A stretch of 63,874 bases of DNA, the filler included, from Octopus bimaculoides (taxonomy: Eukaryota), in the NCBI RefSeq assembly GCF_001194135.2. It is 6 parts of 4 records of this genome, joined end to end, with 100 filler letters (N's around TTAATTAATTAA, not from the genome) between each part and the next. Parts side by side here need not be neighbours in the genome. Positions count along the whole stretch, not along the records: positions 1 to 12,672 come from NC_068996.1; positions 12,773 to 19,614 come from NC_068996.1; positions 19,715 to 50,290 come from NC_068981.1; 3 more parts are not named here. The stretch is one strand, 5' to 3'. Positions 11,763 to 21,961 of this stretch are shown here, in pieces (position 1 is the stretch's first letter; each line of letters starts with the position of its first letter). Made by a program: the position numbers and the translations under genes. The notes below the pieces were generated by a model. The model was not told where the DNA came from and searched no databases. It saw only the letters and a program-made list of their open reading frames with translations.

Positions 11763-12001
11763 CTGTGGAAAGAATGGCCATCAATACGAACAACTAACCA
11801 GCAGTTGGGCAAACATCTGTCATCCAACTCAAAATCACGAACATATTCAAACCGACTTTTTGCCATGGTATGCTTATCACAGCTGCTATGCAATCGTAAC
11901 ACTTTAAATACAGAATTTGAAGTATATAATAACTTTGCAAATGTTGAGGTCGCAAGCTTATGATGCCAAAAGATATTTTGAAAGGATATCACAGATAACA
12001 T
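11763..12001 (-). CDS. THG1L: tRNA-His guanylyltransferase THG1L, first coding exon (upstream ATG at 12001; conserved-domain ATG at 11866)
   Basis: [35 protein letters not shown] matches the THG1 N-terminus [13 protein letters not shown]...CWVVVRLDG.NFHR. Donor AG/GT at 11762 (phase 2). Acceptor TTATATTTTATTTTTCAG ends at 12071, so the exon is probably 11763-12070. Confidence 0.93.
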
Positions 12002-12113
12002 CCAGTCTATTCTATTAACCTTTAGAATTTTGGAAGTTGAAGCTGCTCCAATTTATAACCATTTTAATTTCTGAAAAATAAAATATAAACAGATACATAT
12101 AGACATGCTTATA

Positions 12114-12672
12114 TATCAGGTTACGTAAAAAGTAAACAATGTTTTGAACCATGAAGAGTTTGTATCGGATTTTTACTGAGTTTTAAATTTTTTTAAACAA
12201 TTTTTGCAATTGTCTGATAATACAGACATAGACTTGCCCAAATAAATCAATAAATTAACATTGATATTTTTTTCATTGTTGTTACAATCATCTGAAATAG
12301 AACTGTCAAAGTGCAATTTTCGAGCAATTTTGCTATTCAACTTCAAAAAGGATGCAAAGCAGCTGAAACTGCTTGCGATATCAACGAAATGTTTGGTGAG
12401 GAAATGACCAGTGAGTGGTCAGCTCAAAAATGATTTAAACAATTTTGCAGTGGAGACCTGAGCCTTGAAGATTGTGAGTGTAGTGGACGCTTATCTGTCA
12501 TTGATGATGGCCAATCAAAGACCATCATTGAGAAAGATCCATGTAAAACCACTCAAAAACTGGCAAAAGAACTTCAAGGTAGCCAGAAAATTTGCATGAG
12601 ATCGGAAAATCAAAACAGCTCAACAAATGGGTGCCACGCAATTTGAATGAAAATCAGAAAATGCACAGATAT
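12114..12672 (+). mobile_element. Mariner (Tc1/mariner) 5' end with degenerate transposase N-terminus
   Basis: TA-TCAGGTT TIR-like start. FRAILLFNFKK/GCKAAETACDINEMFGEE...FKQFCSGDLSLED...SGR...KTIIEKDPCKTTQKLAKEL matches the mariner HTH region. Runs into a gap. Confidence 0.85.
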
Positions 12673-14328
12673 NNNNNNNNNNNNNNNNNNNNNNNNNNNN
12701 NNNNNNNNNNNNNNNNTTAATTAATTAANNNNNNNNNNNNNNNNNNNNNNNNNNNNNNNNNNNNNNNNNNNNATATATATATATATATAGCTGTTTCAGG
12801 GAAAATTCAATGTATCCCTTCATCGGAGACGGTAATAGAAGATAAGGATTATTACATCTGTATGAGGAGATTTGCATTAAGAAACAAACCTGCTTTGCAT
12901 GAGCAGATCATTTTTATATTTTTGTTATAAACTTTAACCTATGAATGACAAGAAACATGGAGCAGAATACCAGGAGTGCTGCTACTCACCTGATGGTATT
13001 TGTCAGGGGTTGAGGAAACAATTGTGGGACAAAAGGATGTGACTCCATGCTCCAGTAACTTCTTTGAAACCTTTTTCAATCCCAGCTCAACATTTTCTGT
13101 CTGAAGTGAAAAATCTATACCTTGGGCACCTAGAATAGATAAAGAAATTATTTCATGCTGAAAATAAGTAAACTCTTTACATATTACATATACATTTGAA
13201 CATTTTTAAGGCTATAATGACCTTCCATCTATCCATTTCTTTTGTCCACTATTCTTGGAAATGTCATGGGAGGTGTACAGTTCTCAGGCACCTTTTCAAT
13301 CAGAAGTTGTCATCATTACACTTTTCAACTGAGACTATGGATATTTTCCGATCATCTCATTCTTTGCTTACCTCTTGGTCTCCTGGTAGTTAGCTCAGCT
13401 TGAAACTATTTTGTGATTCTTTCCTGTGTTATTCAAATCACATGTCTATAAGTACTGGAGCTGTGACCTCTCAATGCAGAGAAGTAGCAGCTCAACTGGA
13501 GAGAGATTCCCTGACCTCTGAACTATGTATCCCAGAAAGCCCCATTCTAGCCACTTGTATTCATGATTCTACTATTTCGGTCTACTATTTTATGAGGATG
13601 CAGATCCAATATTTTCAAGTCCTCAGACTGGAGAATAACAACAAACGCGGAATTTGTAAATTTTTTATTTTAGTTGTTGCAAGAGTCTGTTCTCGGATCG
13701 AAGGATAAGGAAAATGTTGATGTAGAACAACGCCTGGTGAGAGTGGGGAGATAATTGCCAGATAAAAAAGGCATGCCTCGATTACACCTTTGAGGATTTT
13801 ATAGAAGTATNNNNNNNNNNNNNNNNNNNNNNNNNNNNNNNNNNNNNNNNNNNNNNNNNNNNNNNNNNNNNNNNNNNNNNNNNNNNNNNNNNNNNNNNNN
13901 NNNNNNNNNNNNNNNNNNNNNNNNNNNNNNNNNNNNNNNNNNNNNNNNNNNNNNNNNNNNNNNNNNNNNNNNNNNNCCAGATAAAAAAGGCATGCCTCGA
14001 TTACACCTTTGAGGATTTTATAGAAGTATCAAAAAAAATATATCAGTGACAAAGCTCCAAGATATAGAGTAGTGAATCAGTTATGGGGGTTCCATTTCTC
14101 ACTCTTCTAGAGGAAAAGTTTTCTAGAAAAAAAAGTGAGAATAGGGATGAAAACCAAAATGAAGATAAGTTTGGCGTCTTTTACCGACTTCTCCACTCTG
14201 AGAAATGCATCAGGGTGTAATTTTAAGATCTGCTACCTCCATACAATTTATGGAAGAAACACGTGACCTTAAATAAACAGTCAGAGACTTCATGAAAATA
14301 ACCATAACATGAAGTCCATTGTAATAAC

Positions 14329-14570
14329 CCTTTAGCATTCAGATTACACTGTCAAATTCAATTCTTATTTATTCACATTGTTTTGAATTAATCATGTATT
14401 ATCTCATAGCTTCGAGATTTCAATGATGTAATTGTTGATGTTTTAGAATGACATTGTAGGATAGGTGTGAGAGGCAGAACCTGGCCAGTTTGAACATAAA
14501 ACTGGTAGAATATTTAGATAAGATATGGCTGGTTTAAATACCAAAGTGATAAACTACAGAGTTTGGAAAA
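14329..14570. mobile_element. piggyBac-like MITE, degenerate
   Basis: Begins TAACCCTTTAGCATT and ends TTTAAATACCAAAGTGATAA. Confidence 0.45.
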
Positions 14571-14859
14571 GGTTATAGTCAGAACCATGCAATGAGTTCC
14601 TGGCATTTTATGAAGTAATAGCACCAGCAGTCATCAGTGATATGGTTGAGTTAGTTGGCCAATAAATGTAACAGATCAATGTGATAAGTTTAAAAAGTTT
14701 CTGTAGGAGTCACGTGGTAAGAATTTTCATGTTGAAGATCTGCAGAAGTTGGCACAGCAGCACAGGCAAAAATCAGCCTGAAAACCCTACACTACAACCA
14801 GTAACATCTCAAAAGAAATATTGATGCTGAACTCCTGTAATCTTGATAATATCAGCATT

Positions 14860-15223
14860 ACCAAGATTCAAGTGAGATCATTGCCAGTGCCCCTGGACTG
14901 GCTCCTGTGCAGGTGGCACATAAAATACACCATTTTGAGCGTGGCCATTGCCAGTACCGCCTGACTGGCCTTTGTGCCGGTGGCATGTAAAATACACCAT
15001 TTTGAGCGTGGCCATTGCCAGTACCGCCTGACTGGCCTTTGTGCTGGTGGCACGTGAAAACATCCACTACACTCTCGGAGTGGTTGGCGTTAGGAAGGGT
15101 ATCCAGCTGTAGAAACTCTGCCAAATCAGATTGGAGCCTGGTGTAGCCATCTGGTTCACCAGTCACCAGTCAAATCATCCAACCCATGCTAGCATGGAAA
15201 GCGGACGTTAAACGATGATGATG
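14860..15223 (+). mobile_element. RTE LINE 3'UTR-only copy with an internal 67-bp duplication
   Basis: Matches 985-1275. The block TAAAATACACCATTTTGAGCGTGGCCATTGCCAGTACCGCCTGACTGGCC... occurs at 14921 and 14988. Ends in GATGATGATG. Confidence 0.85.
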
Positions 15224-16270
15224 ACAGAAATTATGGATAAAATTACCGAAAATGACAGAATTTTGTAGCAAAAGGAAAGAGTGGTGTTCTGAATATGATA
15301 TATTGTTACAGTGAATTGCTTCATGAAAGGGGATTACAAAAAATGCATATGATATTAGATACATTTGCTATTCTCTAGCTGATGGTTATTATCTGAGAGA
15401 TTGTCATTTCTTCATAATATTTGATGGGATTAGAATTTTGAATTTGAAATTAAGGAATAAGGAGAATGATGCATAGAATACATATATTTACTTGTTTGTT
15501 TTTTGTTTTTTTTCATATGTTTACTTACTATGAAGCTCTTAAAATTTTAATCAGTGGTAATTCTGCGTAGCACCATTTCATTCCTTTTGGAAATCACCAG
15601 CATGACAAGCAATGAAGGTGCAATGAAAAATCACAGAATTAAAGATAAGTTGGGTTGTGTACTTGGGATTCAGTTAATCTTTATATAATTCTTGGAGAAT
15701 TCAACGATAAGCTTATATTTTTCAGTCACTTCACAATGTCCATTCTCTTCATTTCAACCATTGTTTATCATTGTGAAAATTAATTTATTCAAGCTCTTAT
15801 CTAATTATGTTAATTTATAATGATCCTCTATAGCATTGTTTTGTTTTGTTTTGTATTACATTTTTTTTCTTTTTAAGAATGTATCTAGAGCACTAATACT
15901 AAACTATACATCAGGCACAACCTAGTGATTAGGGTGTTGCACTTGTTAACTCGAGATTGTGGTTTCAATTCTTGGACCAGGCACTTCATTTCACATTACT
16001 CTGTGATCACTTCAATATCTCACATGCAGCATGCTGTACACCTGTACAGGTTACGTTGATGATCAATGGAATGGGGGGGAGCTAATGTACAGTACAAACA
16101 TTTGATCATTATAAACAAATCATCTGTGTAGGTTGTTCAAGAAATTATGGAGCGGTCTTTCTCAGGCTCAACAGTTTACCAACAGTTGCAGACATGTGCA
16201 TGCCTACATAACCAGAGTATCTCACACATACAAACACACACATATACACACATCAAAACAATTTTTGCTG

Positions 16271-16340
16271 GGCAGTTTAGTTTAATGGTAAAACACTTGA
16301 CGCATAATCAGAGATGTAAATTCGAGTCTCATGGCTGACC
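16271..16340 (+). pseudogene. Degenerate tRNA-like sequence with CAT in the anticodon position (pseudo-tRNA or SINE head)
   Basis: D arm GTTT-AATGGTA-AAAC, anticodon arm CTTGA-CGCATAA-TCAGA, T loop TTCGAGT, acceptor GGCAGTT/GGCTGAC. The T stem is poorly paired. Confidence 0.5.
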
Positions 16341-17695
16341 GGTAATGTATTTTTCTGCAATGTATGGATAATTTATCCTGATCATGCTATTTATAGCATT
16401 ATCATGTGTTTGAGAAATAAATTTATTTCTGTATCTTACAATATTACCTTTATTTTAGTAAATTATAATTATGATTATATCTAACTCTATATTTTTTATG
16501 GCCCCATTTTTTAATGGGAAATAAAACTTGGCTTTTGGACAGAAGTTGTAACAAGTATTTTAATATTTTACTATAACAAACTTCTTACACAAACAAACTT
16601 TCACATACATCAACATACTTTATGCAATATGCATAAATATACACACAAATAAGTAACAATTGATGGATAGGTGTCAGTTCATTACAGCTATTTCTAACGA
16701 GTTTTTTAATTGATCAAGGAGTACATTATAAAATTACAAAAAAAAGTGGTTTTTTTCAGATGAATACAGGAGTTTTACAATCAAGGACATTTAAAAACAA
16801 TTTTTAATCCATAGCAGACATTTAGTGATTCCACAACTGGCTCTTGCTGCAGAATATTATTCTGCAAGTGCTTTTGTATGAAGGGTGGTATTCATCTATA
16901 GTTGTTGTGGATTTATTTTTTTCTGATCTCACTAGGTTCCTCATTTTCAAGTACCTTATTCAACTGAATCTTGTGATATTGTAGATTTATACATAAATAT
17001 ACACACCTGTAGACATGCTTATGCATGCAAACATATCAACAGAAAGACACACACACACACACACACAACAATAAACTGGTATCTGAAAAGAAAAAAATTC
17101 CAGTAAAACAAATTACAGAGAAAACTAAAATTACACAAGCATTTTTTTTTTTCATTTTTTGTAATAAGAACACAAAGGATGGTAAACTAAGAGAGACATG
17201 AGGAGAGAAAGAAAGAAATAGAGAAAGACAGAGGGAGAGAGAAACACACGGAGGGAGAGAGACAGACAGACAAGCAAGAGAGAAAGAGAAAAAAGCAAGC
17301 AAGAGAGATGCAGAGAGAGAAAGAGAAAGGCAAGTGAGACAAGGAGAGACAACAAGAGACAGACCAATAAACGAAAGAGTGAGAAAGGCAAGAGAGAGAT
17401 AGGGATGAGAAAGAAAGATGGGGGGGGGGCAAAGAGGCATGACGAATTCTGTATGGTTTAAGTAAACAAACCTTAGTATAACATTGCAATGGATTAATGG
17501 ATTATCTTCATTTCAGGCTATGCAAAAAAGACCACACTCACACACACACACACACACACACATATATACACTATACATATAAGTGTATGTATGTATGTGT
17601 GCATGGTGTTATTTAGCCCTAGGTCAGCTCTGATAATGCAAACTTGTAACAATAAAAGCATTCCAGTAGTGACCATTAAATATTATTTTTCATCA

Positions 17696-18014
17696 TCATC
17701 ATCATCATCATCATCGTCGTTTAACGTCCGCTTTCCATGCTAGCATGGGATTGGACGATTTGACTGAGGACTGGTGAAACCGGATGGCAACACCAGGCTC
17801 CAATCTAATTTGGCAGAGTTTCTACAGCTGGATGCCCTTCCTAACGCCAACCTTCCTAACGCCAACCTTCCTAACGCCAACCTTCCTAACGCCAACCTTC
17901 CTAACGCCAACCTTCCTAACGCCAACCTTCCTAACGCCAACCTTCCTAACGCCAACCTTCCTAACGCCAACCTTCCTAACGCCAACCTTCCTAACGCCAA
18001 CCTTCCTAACGCCA
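17696..18014 (-). mobile_element. RTE 3'UTR copy whose 5' end is a 15-bp tandem array
   Basis: (CAT)n tail at ~17696-17715 and reverse complement of the RTE 3' end, followed by CCTTCCTAACGCCAA x12 (17836-18014). Confidence 0.85.
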
Positions 18015-18739
18015 TTAAAATTTATTTTTAAAATAAATAAATAAATATTATTTTGTTTTATCTTAGAACTACACTGCCCGATGTGTCCATTTTTGTTTTA
18101 AACCAGGAGAAAGCGATTTGAAGAAGACTTAGCTATTGTTACTAGCAAATTAAGTAACTGTACAAGGATTCGTTTGTAGGCTCACATACATGTATAGATT
18201 ATATAAAAGATACAACGAATAAGTGTGTGTGTATGTGTGTGTGTGTGTGTGTGTGTGCGTGTACATAAATATATGTACATGTTTGTATATGCCTTTGGCA
18301 AATAGACTTTACTGAGATTTATCTCGCTTTTTCTTCTCACATCTCATCCTTCTTAATTTCACCCTCCTTCCTTTTTTTCTCTGTGTTTCTTTTACTACCA
18401 CTTTTCTCTTATTGTTACAGACACATACATTCACACACTCACATACACACACATATATACACACACACACTCGCATACACTCACATATACACTCTCTACA
18501 ATCTCTGTTACTTCAGCAACCATCTCTCTTCTCTCTCATTCTAGTTTCCACGACACCCTTCTCTCGATGATTTAAACCAACGATCCCAGCTCTTACTGGT
18601 TTCTTTGATGATCCTCTTTACATCTCATTTATTTCTCCAGCACCCACTCATTTTACCTCATCTTTCTTTCCCTCATTCCAATCCGCCTTCCCTATCACAT
18701 ATCTATTTTTTTAAATCTTTCAACCTCCCTCTATCTATC

Positions 18740-18930
18740 CGCCTGTCCATCCATCCGTACCTATCCATCCGTACCTATCCATCCATACCTGTCCATCCGT
18801 ACCTATCCATCCGTACCTATCCATCCGTACCTATNNNNNNNNNNTACCTATCCATCCATACCTGTCCATCCGTACCTATCCATCCGTACCTATCCATCCG
18901 TACCTATCCATCCGTACCTATCCATCCATA
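18740..18930. repeat. 14-bp minisatellite (CCATCCGTACCTAT)n
   Basis: Repeated CCATCCGTACCTAT with CCATCCATACCTGT variants, interrupted by a small gap. Confidence 0.85.
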
Positions 18931-19224
18931 TATCTCTATTATTCCTTTATCCATCCATTTATCCCTCTATTATTCCATCCATCCATTTATCTATCTACTT
19001 TTCATTTCCTTCTCTGTCTTTCTTCCATCTCACAAATCTTTTTGACCTATCTTCCCCAGCTCTTTCTCATTCTTCGTCTCTTTCACTTTTTCCTCCTCAC
19101 CTCCATTCTCCATCTCCTTTAGATTATCATTTCTATTAACGTGAGACAATATCCAAAAGGCAGAACAATCTCATGCATTAACAATAACAACATCCTTTCA
19201 AAACAAGGAAAATATATATATACT

Positions 19225-19614
19225 CTTTACTCTCTTTACTCTTAATTGTTTCAGTCATTTGACTGTGGCCATGCTGGAGCACCGCCTTTAGTCGAGCAAA
19301 TCGACCCCAGAACTTATTCTTTGTAAGCCTAGTACCTATTCTATCGGCTCTCTTTTGCCGAACCGCTAAGTGACGGGGACATAAACACACCAGCATCGGT
19401 TGTCAAGCGATGTTGAGGGGACAAACACAGACACACAAACATATACACACACACATACATATATACGCTGGGCTTCTTTCAGTTTCCGTCTACCAAATCC
19501 ACTCACAAGGCTTTGGTCAGCCCGAGGCTATAGTAGAAGACACTTGCCCAAGGTGCCACGGAGTGGGACTGAACCCGGAACCATGTGGTTCGTAAGCAAG
19601 CTACTTACCACACA
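19225..19614 (-). mobile_element. tRNA-derived SINE (octopus OR/OK-like), near full length
   Basis: Minus-strand head TGTGGTAAGTAGCTTGCT...GGTTCCGGGTTCAGTCCCAC (B-box-like), then GGGCAAGTGTCTTCTACTATAGCC, an internal (TG)n, and tail ...GACTGAAACAA. Homologues lie at ~21.7-22.1, 23.5-23.7, 33.0-33.2, 42.2-42.6, 53.6-54.0 and 62.1-62.2 kb. Confidence 0.8.
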
Positions 19615-20092
19615 NNNNNNNNNNNNNNNNNNNNNNNNNNNNNNNNNNNNNNNNNNNNTTAATTAATTAANNNNNNNNNNNNNNNNNNNNNNNNNNNNNN
19701 NNNNNNNNNNNNNNCATACATACATACATACATACGTACGTACGTACGTACGTACGTACATACATAGTCCACACTTGTCTTTCGAAAGTGTGGGTGATAA
19801 TGTATAAATTAAACTATATACGGTAGCAACTGCACTGTATCTAATATCTGGGAGCATCTTTGGCGTAGGACGTGTGTAAGTACTTTGTGAAAAGATAAGT
19901 TGTTCTTGGTGAAATTTTTCTACTTAAAAAAGAAAAGTCAGACCTCATGATACAATGTTAACGATGTGGAAAATGTGAGGTCGTCATTACAGATAGACAG
20001 ATGCATCTGTTTTGATATACAAACGGGGTGTTAGGGCTAAATTTGACGCTAATTTTGTCTTTTCTAATTTTGTCTTTTCTATCTATCTATAC

Positions 20093-20123
<31 letters not shown>

Positions 20124-20562
20124 GAGAGAGATAGACAAACAGACAAACATTTTATTTGTCTGTTTACTTATTTTTACACAAAATAATTTATGCCATAAGC
20201 TAAATTAATAACAGATACAAAAAAGATACAAAATATTAATAACAAATACAAAAAAAAATGGAAGTCAAGTAGTTTGACGCAGAAAGCTGATACATTTAAT
20301 GTTAGATAATCAAAGAGACAATATTGTTTGTGTTAGCTATGTTCCAAGTCTTAACTTACCAACGCAACACTTACTACTTCCTTCTCCAACAATAACTTGT
20401 ATTTCATACCAGCTTACCTAAATCTGCACGACACATCGACATCTTAATTTCCAAAATGTATAAAACATTTTGCTCACTGTTTTCACACAAAGGCCTCCAG
20501 ATGTAAAATCCTGCTCTCTCACTATAAAGATGCAACTAAAATGAAATGTCAACCACTTAGAC

Positions 20563-20800
20563 CAGTGTTTCTCGATCATTTTCTACCTGTGAACTCCATT
20601 TGATTCCCATTTTACTCGAATGGATTCTTATAATTATTCGATGTTTTAAAAAATCTTATTATATTTTTATAATTAAATATTATTTAGGAATTGTATTAAA
20701 AAATTGTTCAAAATATTTTGTGTATTGTCGAAGTATAAGCAACTTATTGCAGATAAATTTTAGAAACAAAATCTTATATGGACCCGCTTCAGAATCACTG
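20563..20800. mobile_element. hAT-type MITE
   Basis: Termini CAGTG.../...CACTG with 8-bp flanks ACTTAGAC (20555-62) and ACTTAAAC (20801-08). Confidence 0.7.
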
Positions 20801-20818
20801 ACTTAAACATATCTAATC

Positions 20819-20983
20819 CAGTGGCGTAGCTAGAGTGTGTATTGCCCGGGGCAGCCCTCGTGTTTGCCGTCCCCAGGCTCCCAAGCCTATATAGGCTTAT
20901 TCAGCAGGCCCAAAAGTGCTGCCTCCATAAAAGCGTCACTCGGGACTGACCGCCACTCGCCTCCACTCACCGCTATGTTACTG
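20819..20983. mobile_element. Second hAT-like MITE, degenerate
   Basis: CAGTGGCGTAGC / GCTATGTTACTG termini with flanks ATCTAATC / ACCTAACC. Confidence 0.5.
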
Positions 20984-21730
20984 ACCTAACCCAACTATTT
21001 CAGTTATCCAATATCTAAATCTTTGAAGGCGGTGAGCTGGCAGAATCGTTACTGCGATGGACAAAACGCTTAGCGGCATTTCGCACCCATCCCTTTACGT
21101 TCTAAGTTCAAATTCCGCCGAGGTCTCGATAAAATAAGTACCAGTTGAATACTGGAATCGATGCAATCGACTTACCCATTTTCTCGAAATTACTGATCTT
21201 TGAATCCAATATTTAAATTTCTATAAACAGATTCAGACCGCCATAAATTTACAATCGACAAAGTATAGTCGTTTCAAGCGCTATATGTTACAGGTAAGAT
21301 CTACGAGGGAACAAAGCTGCTTTCGGGACCCGGGAGGGGTAGGGTTTTCTCATAATTGATGGGGAGTGTAGAATTTCATTTTGTTTTTAGGGAGTGGGGT
21401 CCTGGCTTATAATTATGGCCCTTTGGATCAGCGGATCTATGTACCGACTGAATCCCTCTTTCTACAGGCCTTGATTACTACTATTTATTCGAGCCAAAAT
21501 GACAACCTTTACATGGTTGCTCACCCCTGCTAAAAATCGTACTACACACTGTACATCTCAAAACAGAAAGGACACATTGGATAATGTTTGTCCTGGGAAC
21601 ATTACGTGAACAAAATATAAAAGAAATGGTTATGTCTGGAATGGCTTTGATCATAGGTCCAGTGGTATTGCGAGAATGGGACCACACACACACACACACA
21701 CACAAATATGACGGGCTTCTTTAAGTTTCT

Positions 21731-21961
21731 TATTTCTTTATTGCCCACAAGGAGCTAAACATAGAGGGGACGAACAAGGACAGACAAATGGATTAAGTCG
21801 ATTGCATCGACCCCAGTGCGTGACTGGTACTTAATTTATCGACCCCGAAAGGATGAAAGGCAAAGTCGACTTCGGCGGAATTTGAACTCAGAACGTAACG
21901 GCAGACGAAATACCGCTAAGCGTTTCGCCCGGCGCGCTAACGTTTCTGCTAGCTCGCCGCC
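21731..21961 (-). mobile_element. SINE with Nin/Deu-like core, nested in an older SINE
   Basis: Minus-strand head GGCGGCGAGCTAGCAGAAACG...GAGTTCAAATTCCGCC and core TTTGCCTTTCATCCTTTCGGGGTCGATAAATTAAGTACC. TSD TTTAAGTTTCT at 21720-30 and 21962-72. Other family members lie at ~21.0, 23.75, 36.6-37.3, 38.3 and 45.6-45.95 kb. Confidence 0.85.

Noticed and set aside
12717-12728. TTAATTAATTAA islands centred in N runs (also 19659, 50335, 54736, 61701)
   Set aside because: An identical palindromic 12-mer (stops in all six frames) inside fixed-format gaps is a scaffolding spacer, not biological sequence.
13757-14029. 53-bp direct repeat CCAGATAAAAAAGGCATGCC...GAAGTAT on both sides of a gap
   Set aside because: Exact duplication flanking an N run is the typical signature of unmerged overlapping contig ends.
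17740-18044. Repetitive proteins (ALGRL)n / (NANLP)n / (FLTPT)n
   Set aside because: These are translations of the 15-bp tandem array inside an RTE tail, with no evidence of a gene.
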